Below, piece after piece: positions 15,242 to 27,870 of a DNA stretch of 64,000 nucleotides. Made by a program: the position numbers and the translations under genes. The stretch is from Eledone cirrhosa (taxonomy: Eukaryota): assembly GCA_964016885.1 (NCBI GenBank), contig OZ024751.1, positions 33,232,001-33,296,000 on the forward strand, in the 5' to 3' direction. The notes beneath the pieces are model-generated. The model saw nothing but the letters and a program-made list of their open reading frames with translations, made no database searches and was not told the origin of the DNA. Position 1 is the first letter of the stretch. Every line of letters starts with the position of its first letter.

Positions 15242-15292
<51 letters not shown>

Positions 15293-15494
15293 CTCAAGTC
15301 CAATGAATATTATCTTCGCTTCAAATATCATTTACTTTAATTAGTTTCAGGAATATTTCCAAATAACTTTGTTTGCCAGCTATTTCAAGACAATTTTCAA
15401 GCTTTTATACGAGGTGTAGATAATATGCCAAAACTAAACAGAACAGTAATTAGTCCATTAGAATCGCAATATTGGCATATAAGAATAAACTGTA

Positions 15495-15600
15495 TGGCAG
15501 TAACTGTAGAGTGTCGGTTAAACTACTGTGTAGCGTTTTGTGTTTGTTGTTCGTCATTCTAAGTTCAAATGTCTCAAAATCTTAATATTGCCTTTCATCT
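15495..15600 (+). mobile_element. 5' half of a degenerate SINE running directly into the 44-bp minisatellite
   Basis: tggcagtaactgtagagtgtcgg ... ttctaagttcaaat ... ttgcctttcatc. Confidence 0.65.
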
Positions 15601-16441
15601 ATAGAAATATCAGTTTTAAACATGTATCAGTATAGTGTGGATCTATAGCAATATCAGTTTTAAACATGTACCAGTATAGTGTGGATCTATAGCAATATCA
15701 GTTTTAAACATGTATCAGTATAGTGTAGATCTATAGCAATATCAGTTTTAAACCAGTATCAGTATAGTGTGGATCTATAGTAATATCAGTTTTAAACCAG
15801 TATCAGTATGGTGTGGATCTATAGCAATATCAGTTTTAAACATGTATCAGTATAGTGTAGATCTATAGCAATATCAGTTTTAAACCAGTATCAGTATAGT
15901 GTGGATCTATAGTAATATCAGTTTTAAACCAGTATCAGTATAGTGTGGATCTATAGCAATATCAGTTTTAAACCTGTATCAGTATAGTGTGGATCTATAG
16001 CAATATCAGTTTTAAACCAGTATCAGTATAGTGTGGATCTATAGCAATATCAGTTTTAAACCTGTATCAGCATAGTGTAGATCTATAGCAATATCAGATT
16101 TAAACCTTTAGTGTTCAAACCGGCCAAAATCGGCCAGAATTTTCTACCTCTTTCTGTTGAAACTAGCTGTAACTGGTCACTTAAACTGATGTTAAGGTAT
16201 TGTTCTGAAAATAAATACTTTCAAAATCTCATCGATTCGATATGTTATGTGTGATATTATATGAGGTAAAGCCTTTACCATAAAAATATAATAGCATATA
16301 TAAAATAATGTGAATGCTAAAGGGTTAAACCTGTATCAGTATAGTGTGGATATCAGTATAGCAATATCAGTTTTAAACATGTATCAGTATAGTGTGGATC
16401 TATAGCAATATCAGATTTAAACCTGTATCAGTATAGTGTGG
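15601..16441. repeat. Minisatellite, 44-bp unit (atagcaatatcagttttaaacatgtatcagtatagtgtggatct), ~14 units, interrupted by a MITE
   Basis: Units start at 15601, 15645 and onward. The array resumes in register after 16328. Confidence 0.95.
16104..16324. mobile_element. piggyBac-like MITE, 221 bp, TTAA TSD
   Basis: TTAA at 16100-16103 and 16325-16328. Ends acctttagtgttca / tgaatgctaaaggg (11 of 14 complementary). Removing it restores the minisatellite unit cagatttaaacctgtatcag, seen intact at ~16412. Confidence 0.85.
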
Positions 16442-17428
16442 ACCCAGATTTATTCAACTGCTCTGTTCTCATTAAAAACTTGAGGTGTTCTACAAATCTT
16501 TAATACAATTGTTGGTATTTATTTTTTAAAGCAGTCTTAGATTGACTGTGTCGGTCGTATGTCGCAGATAATTCTTTGTGTTGTACAAATGCAGATATTT
16601 ACAGTGTTAATCTAAATAGCATCATGGTTAACGGTTAATAAAATAAAGTAGCACTAAAGTTCTTGTTATGACACACATCTTTACAATGTTCACTGGCCTT
16701 CAATAAAGAGATGGTTCTTATGTTTCAACTACATCCCAGAATTATCATGCCACCATTCCTGGTGAGATGAGAACTTAGGACAAAAAAACTGGAACATATA
16801 CCGCTGTTCTAACAACGATGGGTTCTATATAAAATAAATATCAATCCATATTGTCATCCCATTTCCCCAGGTGAGCCCTGATGTAGCAACCTAATTGATA
16901 AATCTAGGGATACCATCAGGTAAGCCCTGGTCCAGCAACTTGTCAGATAAATCTAGAAAAACTGTATCTAAAGTATTTTATTTTTAAATTTGTTGGTTTA
17001 GTTTTTATGTTTTTGGTTTTTTGTTGCTGTTTCTAGCAGATCAAGCAATGTTGTAAAGGCCTCTTCCGTCTGCCAGTAAAATTGATTTCATCGATTAGAG
17101 TATTGACAAAAAACCCCAAAAAACTAATGTTTTACAAGAAATCAATCAGCAACAAAGGTGGTATTAAAAAATGTAAGAATTGTTTAGAAAGGAAACTGTA
17201 GATTTAGAGGTGTATTAGGTAAAGGGGGGGGTCTAGAGGCAATTTGGGGGGGGGGGCTTCATTAGTACTTGTTTAAAATAAAATATTCATTACGTCGCAT
17301 ATTAACGATAAATTCAAATATTTATTGATGCTCTTTCAAACGCGAAGCCGCTAATGGACATGGACAGATACGTGTGTGTGTGTGTGTTTGTGTGTATATG
17401 TACTTGTGTGTATATGTGTTTGTGTGTT

Positions 17429-17474
<46 letters not shown>

Positions 17475-20400
17475 CTTAGATAAATAAAGTATTATGTGTG
17501 ATATATGCGGCTAATATTGGTATCTGATAACTGGATAATTATAGTCTTTAAATGAAACAAGTTTAATATATATTTAAACAGACAATCATTTACAGTTTCT
17601 CCTCGCAAAAAATAGACACAAACAGCAACAACAGCAACAACAGCAACAACATCCAAATCAAATAAATTCAACGTTTGTTTTGCAGTTCTAGTTTAGCCAA
17701 CACTCCCACTGGAAGTAAATATAATTAAGATGCAATTATGTATATTCAAATTTACCATTGGGGAGAAGAAAAGGAACTGATTAGCAATGCAAACCAATTC
17801 TATCTCGGGAGCAATCTTACTTATTGTAATGTAAGTGCAGTGCTATTCGAGGCGGATTGATTTTAATACAATTTTTAATTTGATATATTTGATATATTAT
17901 CGGTCGACTACAGCCTCCCGGCTTCATCTGCAGCACACTTGTATGATAAATCCCGTATTGTATAGAGAGCCAAACAGAGTAAACAAAGCAATGTGTAGAT
18001 AATAGGTGTAAATATCATACACTGTAAACTATATTCCAGCTAAGTCAAGCATCTGTAGAGTGTTATTAGGATTCCTCATAATATATAGTGAGTTAAAGGT
18101 TATCACTGGGGGATTTCCTATTTGAAAACATTTCTCTTCATAATTTCAAATATAAATGCTCTCAGAGGATGGCTTGTATGCCACCACATCACATTTATCC
18201 TCCTACCTATACATATATAAACACGTTGGGTAAATGAAAAAAAAAAGAAATACTCATAGAAAACCAATCAGTTTTTTTAACATATTTCCAATATGAGTTT
18301 ATATATTGATTTTTGTGAATTATTCTAGAGTTAAAATCGGTAGGAAGAAGTTCTATATCTTCGACGACCATTCAATGTTGCGTTCCATACTGGGGCTTGT
18401 TTCTAAGTTTTCAGTGCCATATGGATAGTTGTTACTAAGTGAAAATATAGCTACCCCCTTACATGACTACGTTGTCTATTTTAGAATAGAGTAATGGAAT
18501 CAGGAGAAAAATACTCCGAGATTGCTTGATTCATTTTGAAATCAGAACCAAGTTATTCCACATAACATCTTACAATTCCTCAAAGACTTTGAATGACAAG
18601 CTTTCACATTGTATATATTGCTTCATTTACTTTTTTCTTCCGGTGTAATACATCCCTCAATCAAGTTTTTTTTTTATGAATACATTCAAAACGCTAACGT
18701 CAATTTCTAAATTAGTAGTTTTTCTCAGCATTCTATTTTTTTTAATTTGTAATATTGGACTGGAGAGCTGCGATGCTGGAAAGATATAATTGATAAGGTG
18801 ACAGACGAAATTCCTAGTGATATTTGTAACGGCTCTTTGCGTTTGGAGTTCAAATCGTTCCCTGCTCAAATGTGTGTTGTATTTTTTCGGGGTCAATAAC
18901 GCAGTATATATCGGTAGATGAGTGGAATTTTTAACGCATTCATCAGAATATCTTCTAGTATTTGTTACGACGATGATTCTTTATACCGCGATTTCGCCTG
19001 AGATGAAACTAATGGCAAGTTGTGTGTGGGACTTTGTTGTTGGGGAGCTGAAAGAATTACTACATGAGCAACCGATGGTCTTTTATTGAAATGGACGTGT
19101 ACGTATTCGCTCGACCATACTAGATATCACAGCATTATAAGATGAATTTCTAGATATCCACAGTCACGGCTGGACTTCCTTTGATTAAGTGTTTGCTTTA
19201 TCAAAACAAATGCTGCATTAAACAACAATCAGAATATATTAATATAGTGTGACTAGCTAAATTACGCATTATTATAAGGCAAAACTGGAATGATGTGAAG
19301 TTTTATGAATATTATTGCTTATATAAATGAAAAGGCAGCGTTTCGCCACTTTGAATCAATAGAATATCTTTGGTAGCTGAGAACACATTACTTGACGGCT
19401 GTTTTTAAATCAAATCTTTCTCTATATACTGGATCTATCAATGTATTTGCTCTCATACCATCTCTATGTACTGATTTCCAGCCATTTCCTATACGTTTAT
19501 ACTAACTGTTGCTTTATTTCAAAACATTGCATTATTTACTTTAACAAGAAACAGAAACGAAAAGCAAATCCAACGGCTTATTAAAATCTGATAACAAAAG
19601 TCTCTTACAAAGATAATGATTTGATTCTTTCAGTGACTTAAAATAATTTGAGGAAATATTACAGTAGTAAAGTACACCAAATCAAGAACACACTCAGTAA
19701 AAGTTGAACAGTGATTTGTCTTATGTAAAACAATGATTGCAGGCAAATTCCATCTTAATAAGATGACAAGAATATTTGAGTGGCGTGTTTTTAGTCAGTT
19801 TTAATAGGTTTTTGAAAGAAACTTGTATAAGTGAGTTGCTTTTAGCTTACTTTAATATATTTAATGTGGAAGAAAATGTGAAATATCAGTATATATTGTT
19901 TCAAAGCACGTTAAATTGTATGTGACAACATAGCCTAGTTTAGAAAATGGCGTTGGGGATTAAAAAGAATTTGGTTCAGATAAATTTAGCACGCAATTTG
20001 CATTTAGCATGTTATTTAACAGATATGTTAACGAAATGAAAGATGTTAAGATGTTCACTGGATGGATGTATTTATGGGTTTCGTGATGGCTGATCTGACG
20101 TGCTTGCGTGCTTTGAGAGAAATATCCTTCTTACTTGTTCTTGTGTTGCTTGTCCACATTTAGAAGACACTTATTTTCGGTAATTGCAGATATACAGTGG
20201 TTGGTGAATCAATTCTGTTGTATATGTCCCGTGAGAGTGACTGCAAAAGAGTAGGAAAAGAAAATAAGAAATATAGAGGAAATTATAGTAGAGAAAGGTG
20301 AGATAAAGAAAAGATATAAAGAAAGCAAACTGAAGAATGTAGATGGAAGTAAGAATTTGGGAAATGAAATATGGATCACTTTCTTTTCGGAAATGACAGG

Positions 20401-21838
20401 ATCTAAAGAGGTAATAAAATATTGAGGAAAAAACACAATAGAAATTGGGTTCCATAGGAGACCTTGAAGTTTATGTTTCAGCTGACATCTTTGTTATTCC
20501 AGACTGCTAGAAATCTGACAACATTCAGTTTTTTATTTATTCTTCTTTCATTGCCTCCAATCATTGAAGTACCACCACGCTAGTTGCACTGGATTCAATT
20601 GTATCGATCACAGTCCTTGTTTTAGTCAACTTCTCGTTTTATCGATATGTATCGAACCATCTATCATTATCTCAGTAGATAGTTCCTCAGTTCAAATAAT
20701 CGACGAGAGAATGAATCCCAGTACATAATTCATTGTGCTAATCCACGGTGGGTGCTTCATCGCATTCGAAGATAAACATTAACTTACTCAATCACTTGAA
20801 CATCCTACTCCTTATATGTAAAACTTGCTGATTATCCCTCAGTCACCTGGTGGCTACATGTAACATAATTCTAGTTAAGATTTTCTGTTAAAAGAAACTG
20901 CGTAAGAAATGACAAAACTGGTCGCTTGAATTACAGGTTCAGTCATCACTGTAGGCTTCCATACAGTTTCTGTCTACATAATTTCACTCACCAGTCATAA
21001 GCTTACCTGGGGATTACAATGAAACGAGTTTTCTAAAGATGCTCAGTTCAGTTGGATCCCATATCCTCATTATTGCAAACGAACATCATTACCATTCTGT
21101 TATGTTGGCGTTCATAATCTAATATTGAACACATTAAGAGAGCAACGTCTCGTTGTCGGTGAATTTCAAAAACAATAGGATATCTTCATTGATAAATGAA
21201 AAAAATTATATGTATGTGAATGCTCACTGCCTCTTGTTCTTGCTACATAATCTAGACTTTAGTGGTAGGTAGTTGTAGTCATTGCTACTTGTCTAACTCC
21301 ATTCGACGAGATATGATATTCAGTGTTGGATTAAAGAGTTAACAGAATTATAACTCAGAATGTGTAATAAAGTGAATGAAATGGGAAGCAATCACTAAAA
21401 TTAACCTGGAAATGAAGAACTTCAGTTTAACACGGCAGAAACTGTTGGAGTGACAATCTTTCTTTTGTTTTACAGTTATTTTTATTTTATTTTTAAAACT
21501 TTCATTTATTAATTGAATGTTTCTAACCATATATGCATACTTATTTAGTCTCAGTGAGTGACAAGTGAAAGAGTTTCTTTTGACAGCAAATCTTAGCTAT
21601 TTACGAAATGAATGCTATTTTCGGTAACACTTTCGAGTATTTACAGTACATTCTTTCTGACATACAACTGTTTGAGTGGAAGTTGGTTTTTGCAACTTGA
21701 TTAAATTATCAATGTCGGACATAAAATGAATAACCTTATTAATTGTTTCTTTGTCAAAATTGTAGACTTCAATATACTAAAATGTATCAAACTTTTCTTA
21801 TAATTGGAATTTACACAGCTAGATAGTTGATTCTAGTA

Positions 21839-22050
21839 TTGTTGTTGTTGTTGTTTAGTTTCAAGTCAGCTCTGATTAAGCAAAACCTGTGATCAAAGAC
21901 GTTCTAATCGTAAAGGGTTTTCTTTTTCTTGCCATCTCATACCTAGTACAAAAGTAATTATTGCTTTCTGATATTTTAGGGTTGTGGTGAATTGATTTGA
22001 AGGAGATTTGGCTGCTATTTCTAGCAAGATCTCTGACAAAATACTCGCTT
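21839..22050 (+). mobile_element. Second dispersed repeat family copy
   Basis: gttgtttagtttcaagtcagctctgat...gatttgaaggagatttggctgctatttctagc. Confidence 0.75.
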
Positions 22051-22189
22051 GATAGTTTGATAGCTCCTAGTCCGTTCTGATTGATCAGGACTGTAACCAA
22101 AAATATTTCAGCCGTGGACTGAAGAACAATGATGTGATATGAGGTTCATTTAGAACTATGATGGATGATGTTACTGGTATTATTCTTTT

Positions 22190-24390
22190 ACTCTGTGTTC
22201 TATAAAATCAGTTTCCTATTCTTCGTAAGAACTATCATGGGTGACTACATTCTAATTCTCCGATTTCAATATCGCAGTTGAACTTACAACATTAATATAT
22301 AATGAGATATAAATAATTTTAAATAATCCATAGAGAGAAGTGTGTTTGTAATTGTTTCAAACCATTTGTATACATTGATATTTTCCCTCTGTGAATGTTT
22401 TCTGATAGTTAAAGCTAAAGAGAAAAGCGGCCCACACAATGTGTTCCCATCAAGATTCATCTTTGTGTTGGGTTGAAACTAGTTTCTCCTCCTTGTTTTC
22501 CATTTCAAGATGACATGGCTGATATACTGATATCCAATATACGTATAATTATATGTCGTATATCCAATAGCTGACACTCCTGCCTATCTACTCCTCTATT
22601 GCTTTCTGTTGGTGAGTCTACCAGGACTTTGTACGCTGTAGATAAACCCAGTATCGATCTGTGTATTTCGTGATCTCTTTTCGGCGTGTCAGTGTATTCT
22701 GTTGGGAGCGTATAATTGTTTTCGACTCTAATAGTTAATTGGTTGTTGATTCTGATCTATGTTTTTTTTGTTTTGGTTTTTTAATAATTCATCGAATGTT
22801 GTCTCTGCTACAGCCTTGTTGATACTAGTTAAGTATTTTAGGCAGAAACTGAAGACTATCAATTCCAGGATCTTTCCAGTTAGTGGATGTTTTTATTGAA
22901 TTACTAAATTTCCCGATAGTTACAGCGTGCTGTGCTTGCCGCTTTCTTTTCCATTTTTCTTTTTATAATCCATTTTCTGCTGTTATTGTGTTGGATGTGA
23001 TGTTCATTCTATAATTTCTCACGATATCTTTACATTTCTATTCATATTACTCCTGTCTTCTAATTATATATTTTTTATTCTATATTACTGGTTTCGATGT
23101 AATTCGTTAATATATATTTTAAATAACTTACGAGAGAAGGCCTGGCGTATTTTCTGGCAGGAATCTGCCTAGATGAGTTGCTCTATACTTTTCTGATGTC
23201 GTTTATCTTTATTGTAATTTTTTTTCAGTTTTATAATTGAAATATCCGATGTTCTTTTGTTTATATCACGTATTTCTCTCTCTATTTCCCTGAGTGGTAG
23301 ATGTAATCAGTTAACCGGTTTCTCAATAGTAGAACTAATCAATCGTTCTTCTCTTCTCTGCTGGGTTTCTGATTGAGAGGCTTATCCCATCACTGAGTTT
23401 AACATTACCACATGGTCTTGAGTGTCTTTAACACTACCACAGGATCCTGGCTGACTTTAACACCACCACATGATTCTGGCTGACTTTAACACTACCATAT
23501 GATCCTGGGTGTTTTTAATACTATCACATGAACCTGGCTGACTTTAACACTACCACATGATCCTGGGTCTCTTTAACATTACCACATGATCTTGAGAGAC
23601 TTTAACATTACCACATGAACCTGAGTCACTTTAACACTGCCACATGATCCTGGGTGTCTTTAACAGTACCAAATGGTCTTCAGTGACTTTAAGATTACCA
23701 CATGCACCTGACATACTTTAGTGGAGTCCTTTCTGTTGAATGAGAGACTTAATCTATCACTCGTCTTATCATTCTACCTAGTCGTTTGGGGCATAAGCGG
23801 AGTCCTTTCTGTTGCAAGCATTCTCCTCCGGTCTCCGGTTTGAGGATAGTTTCCTACACATCACTTTGCAGATTCTAAGAACTCAACAAGTATCCTTGGC
23901 ACTACTACCCTCATCTCCAGACATGGTGATACTACAAACGATAGGTCTTTCAACTTTTATATATCTTATATAATAAACTGTCTAATGTTTGCTAGTTTTT
24001 TGCTAGTCTTCCTATTGGATTTTAGGATCAAATCAAATTATTTTCAATACAACAGTGGATACTGAATAAACGAGGCCAGTTATATTCTATTGATGTTTCC
24101 ATTTGCTTTTGTGAAGAGAAGTGTCTTGGGGCAATGATTGAATGTAGCTATTATTTCCAAAGGATGTTTGTTTATGTCTACCCTGGGGAAGAGTTTCTCT
24201 TGATCTATGTTTGTATATGTTTACCCTGGGGAACACTTTTCTGTTGATCCATACTTATTGATTTAGTTATCAATATTTCATCGTTTTTCTTCTATTGACT
24301 TTCTCGTTTTTGATTGATTATCTTCTTTGTGGACTCTGATTGATCTGATGTGAGTGTTTATATTTTCTTTATTGATGGATATGAGATCTA
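22190..24390 (-). pseudogene. Highly decayed non-LTR retrotransposon (probable L1/Tx1-like ORF1 zinc knuckles plus APE endonuclease)
   Basis: Minus-strand translations RPIVCSITMSGDEGSSAKDT (~23890-23950) and CRK..QTGDRRREC (~23820-23860, frameshifted) resemble eroded CCHC knuckles. NNYTLPTE (~22700-22725) resembles the APE VYAPT motif. Many stops and frameshifts. Confidence 0.4.
23398..23720. repeat. Minisatellite, 29-bp unit x ~11 (tttaacactaccacatgatcctggctgac), diverged
   Basis: ttta recurs every 29 bp from 23398 to 23717. Confidence 0.93.
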
Positions 24391-24410
24391 ATGTATATAT
24401 AAATATACAA

Positions 24411-24868
24411 TGGTTGGCTGACTGGTTGGTTGGCTGTCTGGTTGGTTGGTTGGTTGGTTGGTTGGCTGGTTGGCTGGTTGGCTGGTTGGTTGGTTGGTTG
24501 ATTAACTGGTTAGTTGGTTGATCGGTTGGTTGGTTAGTTGGTTGGTTGGTTGGTTGATTGGTTGGTTGGTTAGTTGGTTGGCTGGATGGTTAGTTGGCTG
24601 GTTGGTTTGTTGGTTGGTTGGCTGGTTGGTTGGTTGGTTAGCTGGTTAGTTGGTTGGTTGGTTGGTTGATTGGTCGGTTGGTTGGTTGGTTGATTGGTTG
24701 TTTAGTTGGCGTGGTTATTTGCATTGTGGAATTGAGACCATCGTAATAATTATCTTCGCAATCATCATCATCACCAGTATCACCAAGATTGTCTGACATC
24801 ATCATGATCATCATCAGCAGCAGCAACGGTAGCAGCAGCATCTTCATTCACAACAGCTTCAGCAACAC

Positions 24869-24900
<32 letters not shown>

Positions 24901-24960
24901 GCCATAACATCATTGTCATAAACATTATCATCATCATTATCATCTTCATCGTAGTTGTCG
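24411..24960. repeat. (TTGG)n tetranucleotide tract followed by (CAT)/(CAG) trinucleotide tract
   Basis: Visible in sequence. Confidence 0.95.
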
Positions 24961-25545
24961 TTATGTGTCTGTGTGTGCCAATGTTTGTGTACAAGTGTAT
25001 ATGTGTACGTGTGTGTGGAAGTGTACGTGTGTGTGGAAGTGTACGTGTGTGTACGTGAGTGTACGTGTGTGTACGTGTGTGTACATTTGTTGTGTTTCTA
25101 TATGTAGTAATGTACTTAAGCAACTAATCTACCGAAATAGATATTAGATGACTTCCATCAAATTTAAAGACGGTTGAGACGTTGAACCCCACAAGAAGTC
25201 TGTTGATTCACTTTTACATTTTATGTATTCCGATATTTCTCTCTACATTGGTAACGATATCAGCATAAAATAGTGTGTGAATATATATATATATATGTAG
25301 GAGGTGAGTTTTATTGTAGTACAATAAAGCAATGCAGATATCGGATAAGAAGCACTCTACAGTTTGTAGGACTGGAGTATACATAATATATAAGATTTAA
25401 AACTGCACTATTCACAAGTGTTTTTTAACCTTCATGTCATGTCTTCCTATTTTATCTGACGAAAACACAAATGTTATTGCATGATGATATTTGTTTTTGA
25501 AATGCGCATAATAAAATACATGGAACTCTTTTAACCATCTTTTGA

Positions 25546-25609
<64 letters not shown>

Positions 25610-25631
25610 ATATATATATATTTATTATATA

Positions 25632-25824
25632 TATAGGTACGTTATTCCGGGTTGAATCAGAGGTAACCACAGTAAGGTACTCAATACATAGCAGAGTATA
25701 AACATTTTAATATAAATGAGATTCTACAGGACTAGAATTGTTTCATCTTTAGAAATCATCAGGAATCTCTGATGATTTCTAAAGAATGAAACAGTTCTAG
25801 TCCTGTAGAATCTCATCTATATTA
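25632..25824 (-). mobile_element. Penelope-like pseudo-LTR fragment with inverted partial copy, in a (TA)n tract
   Basis: Inverted repeat 25708-25824 plus an unpaired ~75-bp extension to the TA junction. Confidence 0.65.
25718..25769 (-). ncRNA. Minimal type I hammerhead ribozyme (Penelope-like type), candidate
   Basis: Minus strand: gagattc-CTGATGA-tttctaaagat-GAAAC-aattctagtcct-GTA-gaatctc. It has a perfect 7-bp stem I, an intact core and a GUA cleavage triplet, but a weak stem II. An inverted partial copy lies on the plus strand at 25769-25814. Confidence 0.72.
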
Positions 25825-25905
25825 TATATATATGTATGTATGTATATATTTATATGTATATATATGTATGTATATATTTATATGTATATATATATATGTA
25901 TATAT

Positions 25906-25952
<47 letters not shown>

Positions 25953-25956
<4 letters not shown>

Positions 25957-26309
25957 AAAAACAGTAGAAAATGCTAATGTGATTTGCTCATAGAATAACA
26001 GCAAAACATTTATTTGCACAAAGCAATTAATTGTACCGGTTTCAGCCAAAAGTTGTTTAGGATTCTTTATGATTAATATGATTAAAAATGTATAATAAAA
26101 TTAAGGTGATTATTAATAAGAAGAGGATATAAGAGAACATAGTTTACATACTGAGAAAGGAAATTTGCTTCGAAATTACTAGACGTATCTGAGGAACTTG
26201 CGAATCCAGAGTCTAGTTTGATCCACAAACAGATCGCACCTCGAGCTGTTCGCCGGACAAACAATTGTAATACGTAATAAATTGTGTTCAGATGCATCAC
26301 TGATTCTTC

Positions 26310-26314
<5 letters not shown>
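25953..26314. mobile_element. TA-flanked insert with two degenerate hammerhead signatures in opposite orientation
   Basis: Plus strand: acgtat-CTGAGGA (26189-26195)...cAAAC-AATT-GTA-atacgt-AATAAA (to 26281), with a 6-bp stem I and palindromic stem III. Minus strand: GAAAC-CG-GTA...AATAAA at ~26008-26043. Confidence 0.55.
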
Positions 26315-26337
<23 letters not shown>

Positions 26338-26344
<7 letters not shown>

Positions 26345-26718
26345 GTTAGAATATGTGTAATAAGGCCAAGACAATGCAGATATGGACATAGAAAAAAGAA
26401 TGCAATAGTGAGAGATATTGATGAGAATTCGTCTTTCACCTTGAATTTATTTAAATGTCCTTAATTTTCGAGATAATATCTCTTCTTCGGAGGGAAGTAA
26501 AAGTCTCAGACTTTTACTTCCCTCCGAAGAAGAGATATTATCTCGAAAATTAAGGACATTTAAATAAATTCAAGGTGAAAGACGAATTCTCATCAATATC
26601 TCTCACTATTGCATTCTTTTTTCTATGTCCATATCTGCATTGTCTTGGCCTTATTACACATATTCTAACGTTTATACCTCATTACACAATGCTTCAAGTG
26701 AACTATAACCTCCTCCTA
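26338..26718 (+). mobile_element. Perfect palindrome (169-bp arms, 1-nt centre at 26507) plus ~40-bp tail; Penelope-like pseudo-LTR
   Basis: 26338-26506 is the reverse complement of 26508-26676. The right arm has cct-CCGAAGA-a-gagat-att-atctc-GAAA-AT-TA-agg (26521-26555) and AATAAA (26563-26568). It ends cctcctata into a TA tract. Confidence 0.8.
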
Positions 26719-26778
26719 TATATATATATATATATATAGATATATATATATAGATATATATATATATATATATACACG

Positions 26779-26861
<83 letters not shown>

Positions 26862-26869
<8 letters not shown>

Positions 26870-27243
26870 TAAAATAACAGATTAAATTTTAAGCAAAGAA
26901 TCGTTGCTTTCACCCTTTGTCTTTGCGCGTAATTGTTTTTCACCGCTCCTATTAATGACGTATTATTCGTTTTTCCCGTTCTTTGCCAGCGAACGTTACC
27001 ACGAACCAAAGTATCGTCTTCCTGTCTTCCTCCGGTTGCAACGTTTTTTGAAATATCCAGTTCTGCGTTTACAGATTGACTTTGTTAGTTTCAGAAGATC
27101 CCGTTAAGGGTGAAAGCAGCGATTCTTTGCTTAAACTTTAATCTGTTATTTTAATAAATATTTGCTCTACGGTTCTTATATATTTGATATATATTTTCCT
27201 TATCGAGCCCTCTTTGGATTTTAGTCTTCAATTTTATTATTAT

Positions 27244-27248
<5 letters not shown>
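26862..27248 (+). mobile_element. TA-flanked element with a 56-bp inverted arm at its 5' end and a hammerhead-like motif
   Basis: Arms 26862-26917 and 27106-27161 (2 mismatches). CAGAAGA-tccc-gttaa-gggt-GAAA at 27092-27115, then AATAAA. A second copy lies at 47111-47294. Confidence 0.7.
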
Positions 27249-27285
<37 letters not shown>

Positions 27286-27704
27286 GCACACACACATATA
27301 TATATATATACTCGTTTCTGTAGATATCTGCATACGAGCTGCTTCAGTTCTCGCCTTGGTGTGTTTTCTTTGCGATATCTTTTTGACTTTTCATTCACTA
27401 TCCTAGCTTTCTATTGTGCCCGTTGTGAGGACTTATGACATTCCTTCAATATTATCACCGTGAAAACATACAGCATGACGTGCAACCAGGTTCAAAATAG
27501 TAATATATGATATGACTTTCGGTTTTGTCTCTTGTATTGAATGAAAGTAATTAAATGGAAAGAACATGGGAATTAAGAGATATGATGCATACGTATATAT
27601 TGAGGATGACAATAAATATGTTAAGTTGTATGTAAATATATACATACATATATATATATATTCATATATATATACATATAAATATATACATACATACATA
27701 TATA

Positions 27705-27742
<38 letters not shown>

Positions 27743-27769
27743 ACTTCATATGTAGCTAAATATATACAA

Positions 27770-27870
<101 letters not shown>

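Noticed and set aside
15601-16441. CRISPR-like appearance of the 44-bp array (also the 29-bp and 41-bp arrays)
   Set aside because: Units are directly tandem with no unique spacers, there are no cas genes, and the context is eukaryotic.
17820-17930. Minus-strand cag|ATG...AA|GTAAG mini-exon (MKPGGCSRP...)
   Set aside because: Weak pyrimidine tract, no homology, and no linked exons.
20240-20430. Purine-rich open stretch resembling a CR1-type pre-RT region; similar weak LINE-like hints at ~8250-8510 and ~41400-41650
   Set aside because: Motif matches are too loose to support without a profile search.
24411-24710. Telomere-like G-rich tract
   Set aside because: The unit is TTGG, not TTAGGG. 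It is an ordinary tetranucleotide microsatellite.
25456-25480. CTGACGA followed by a small stem in a TA-flanked insert
   Set aside because: The GAAA half of the core is missing.
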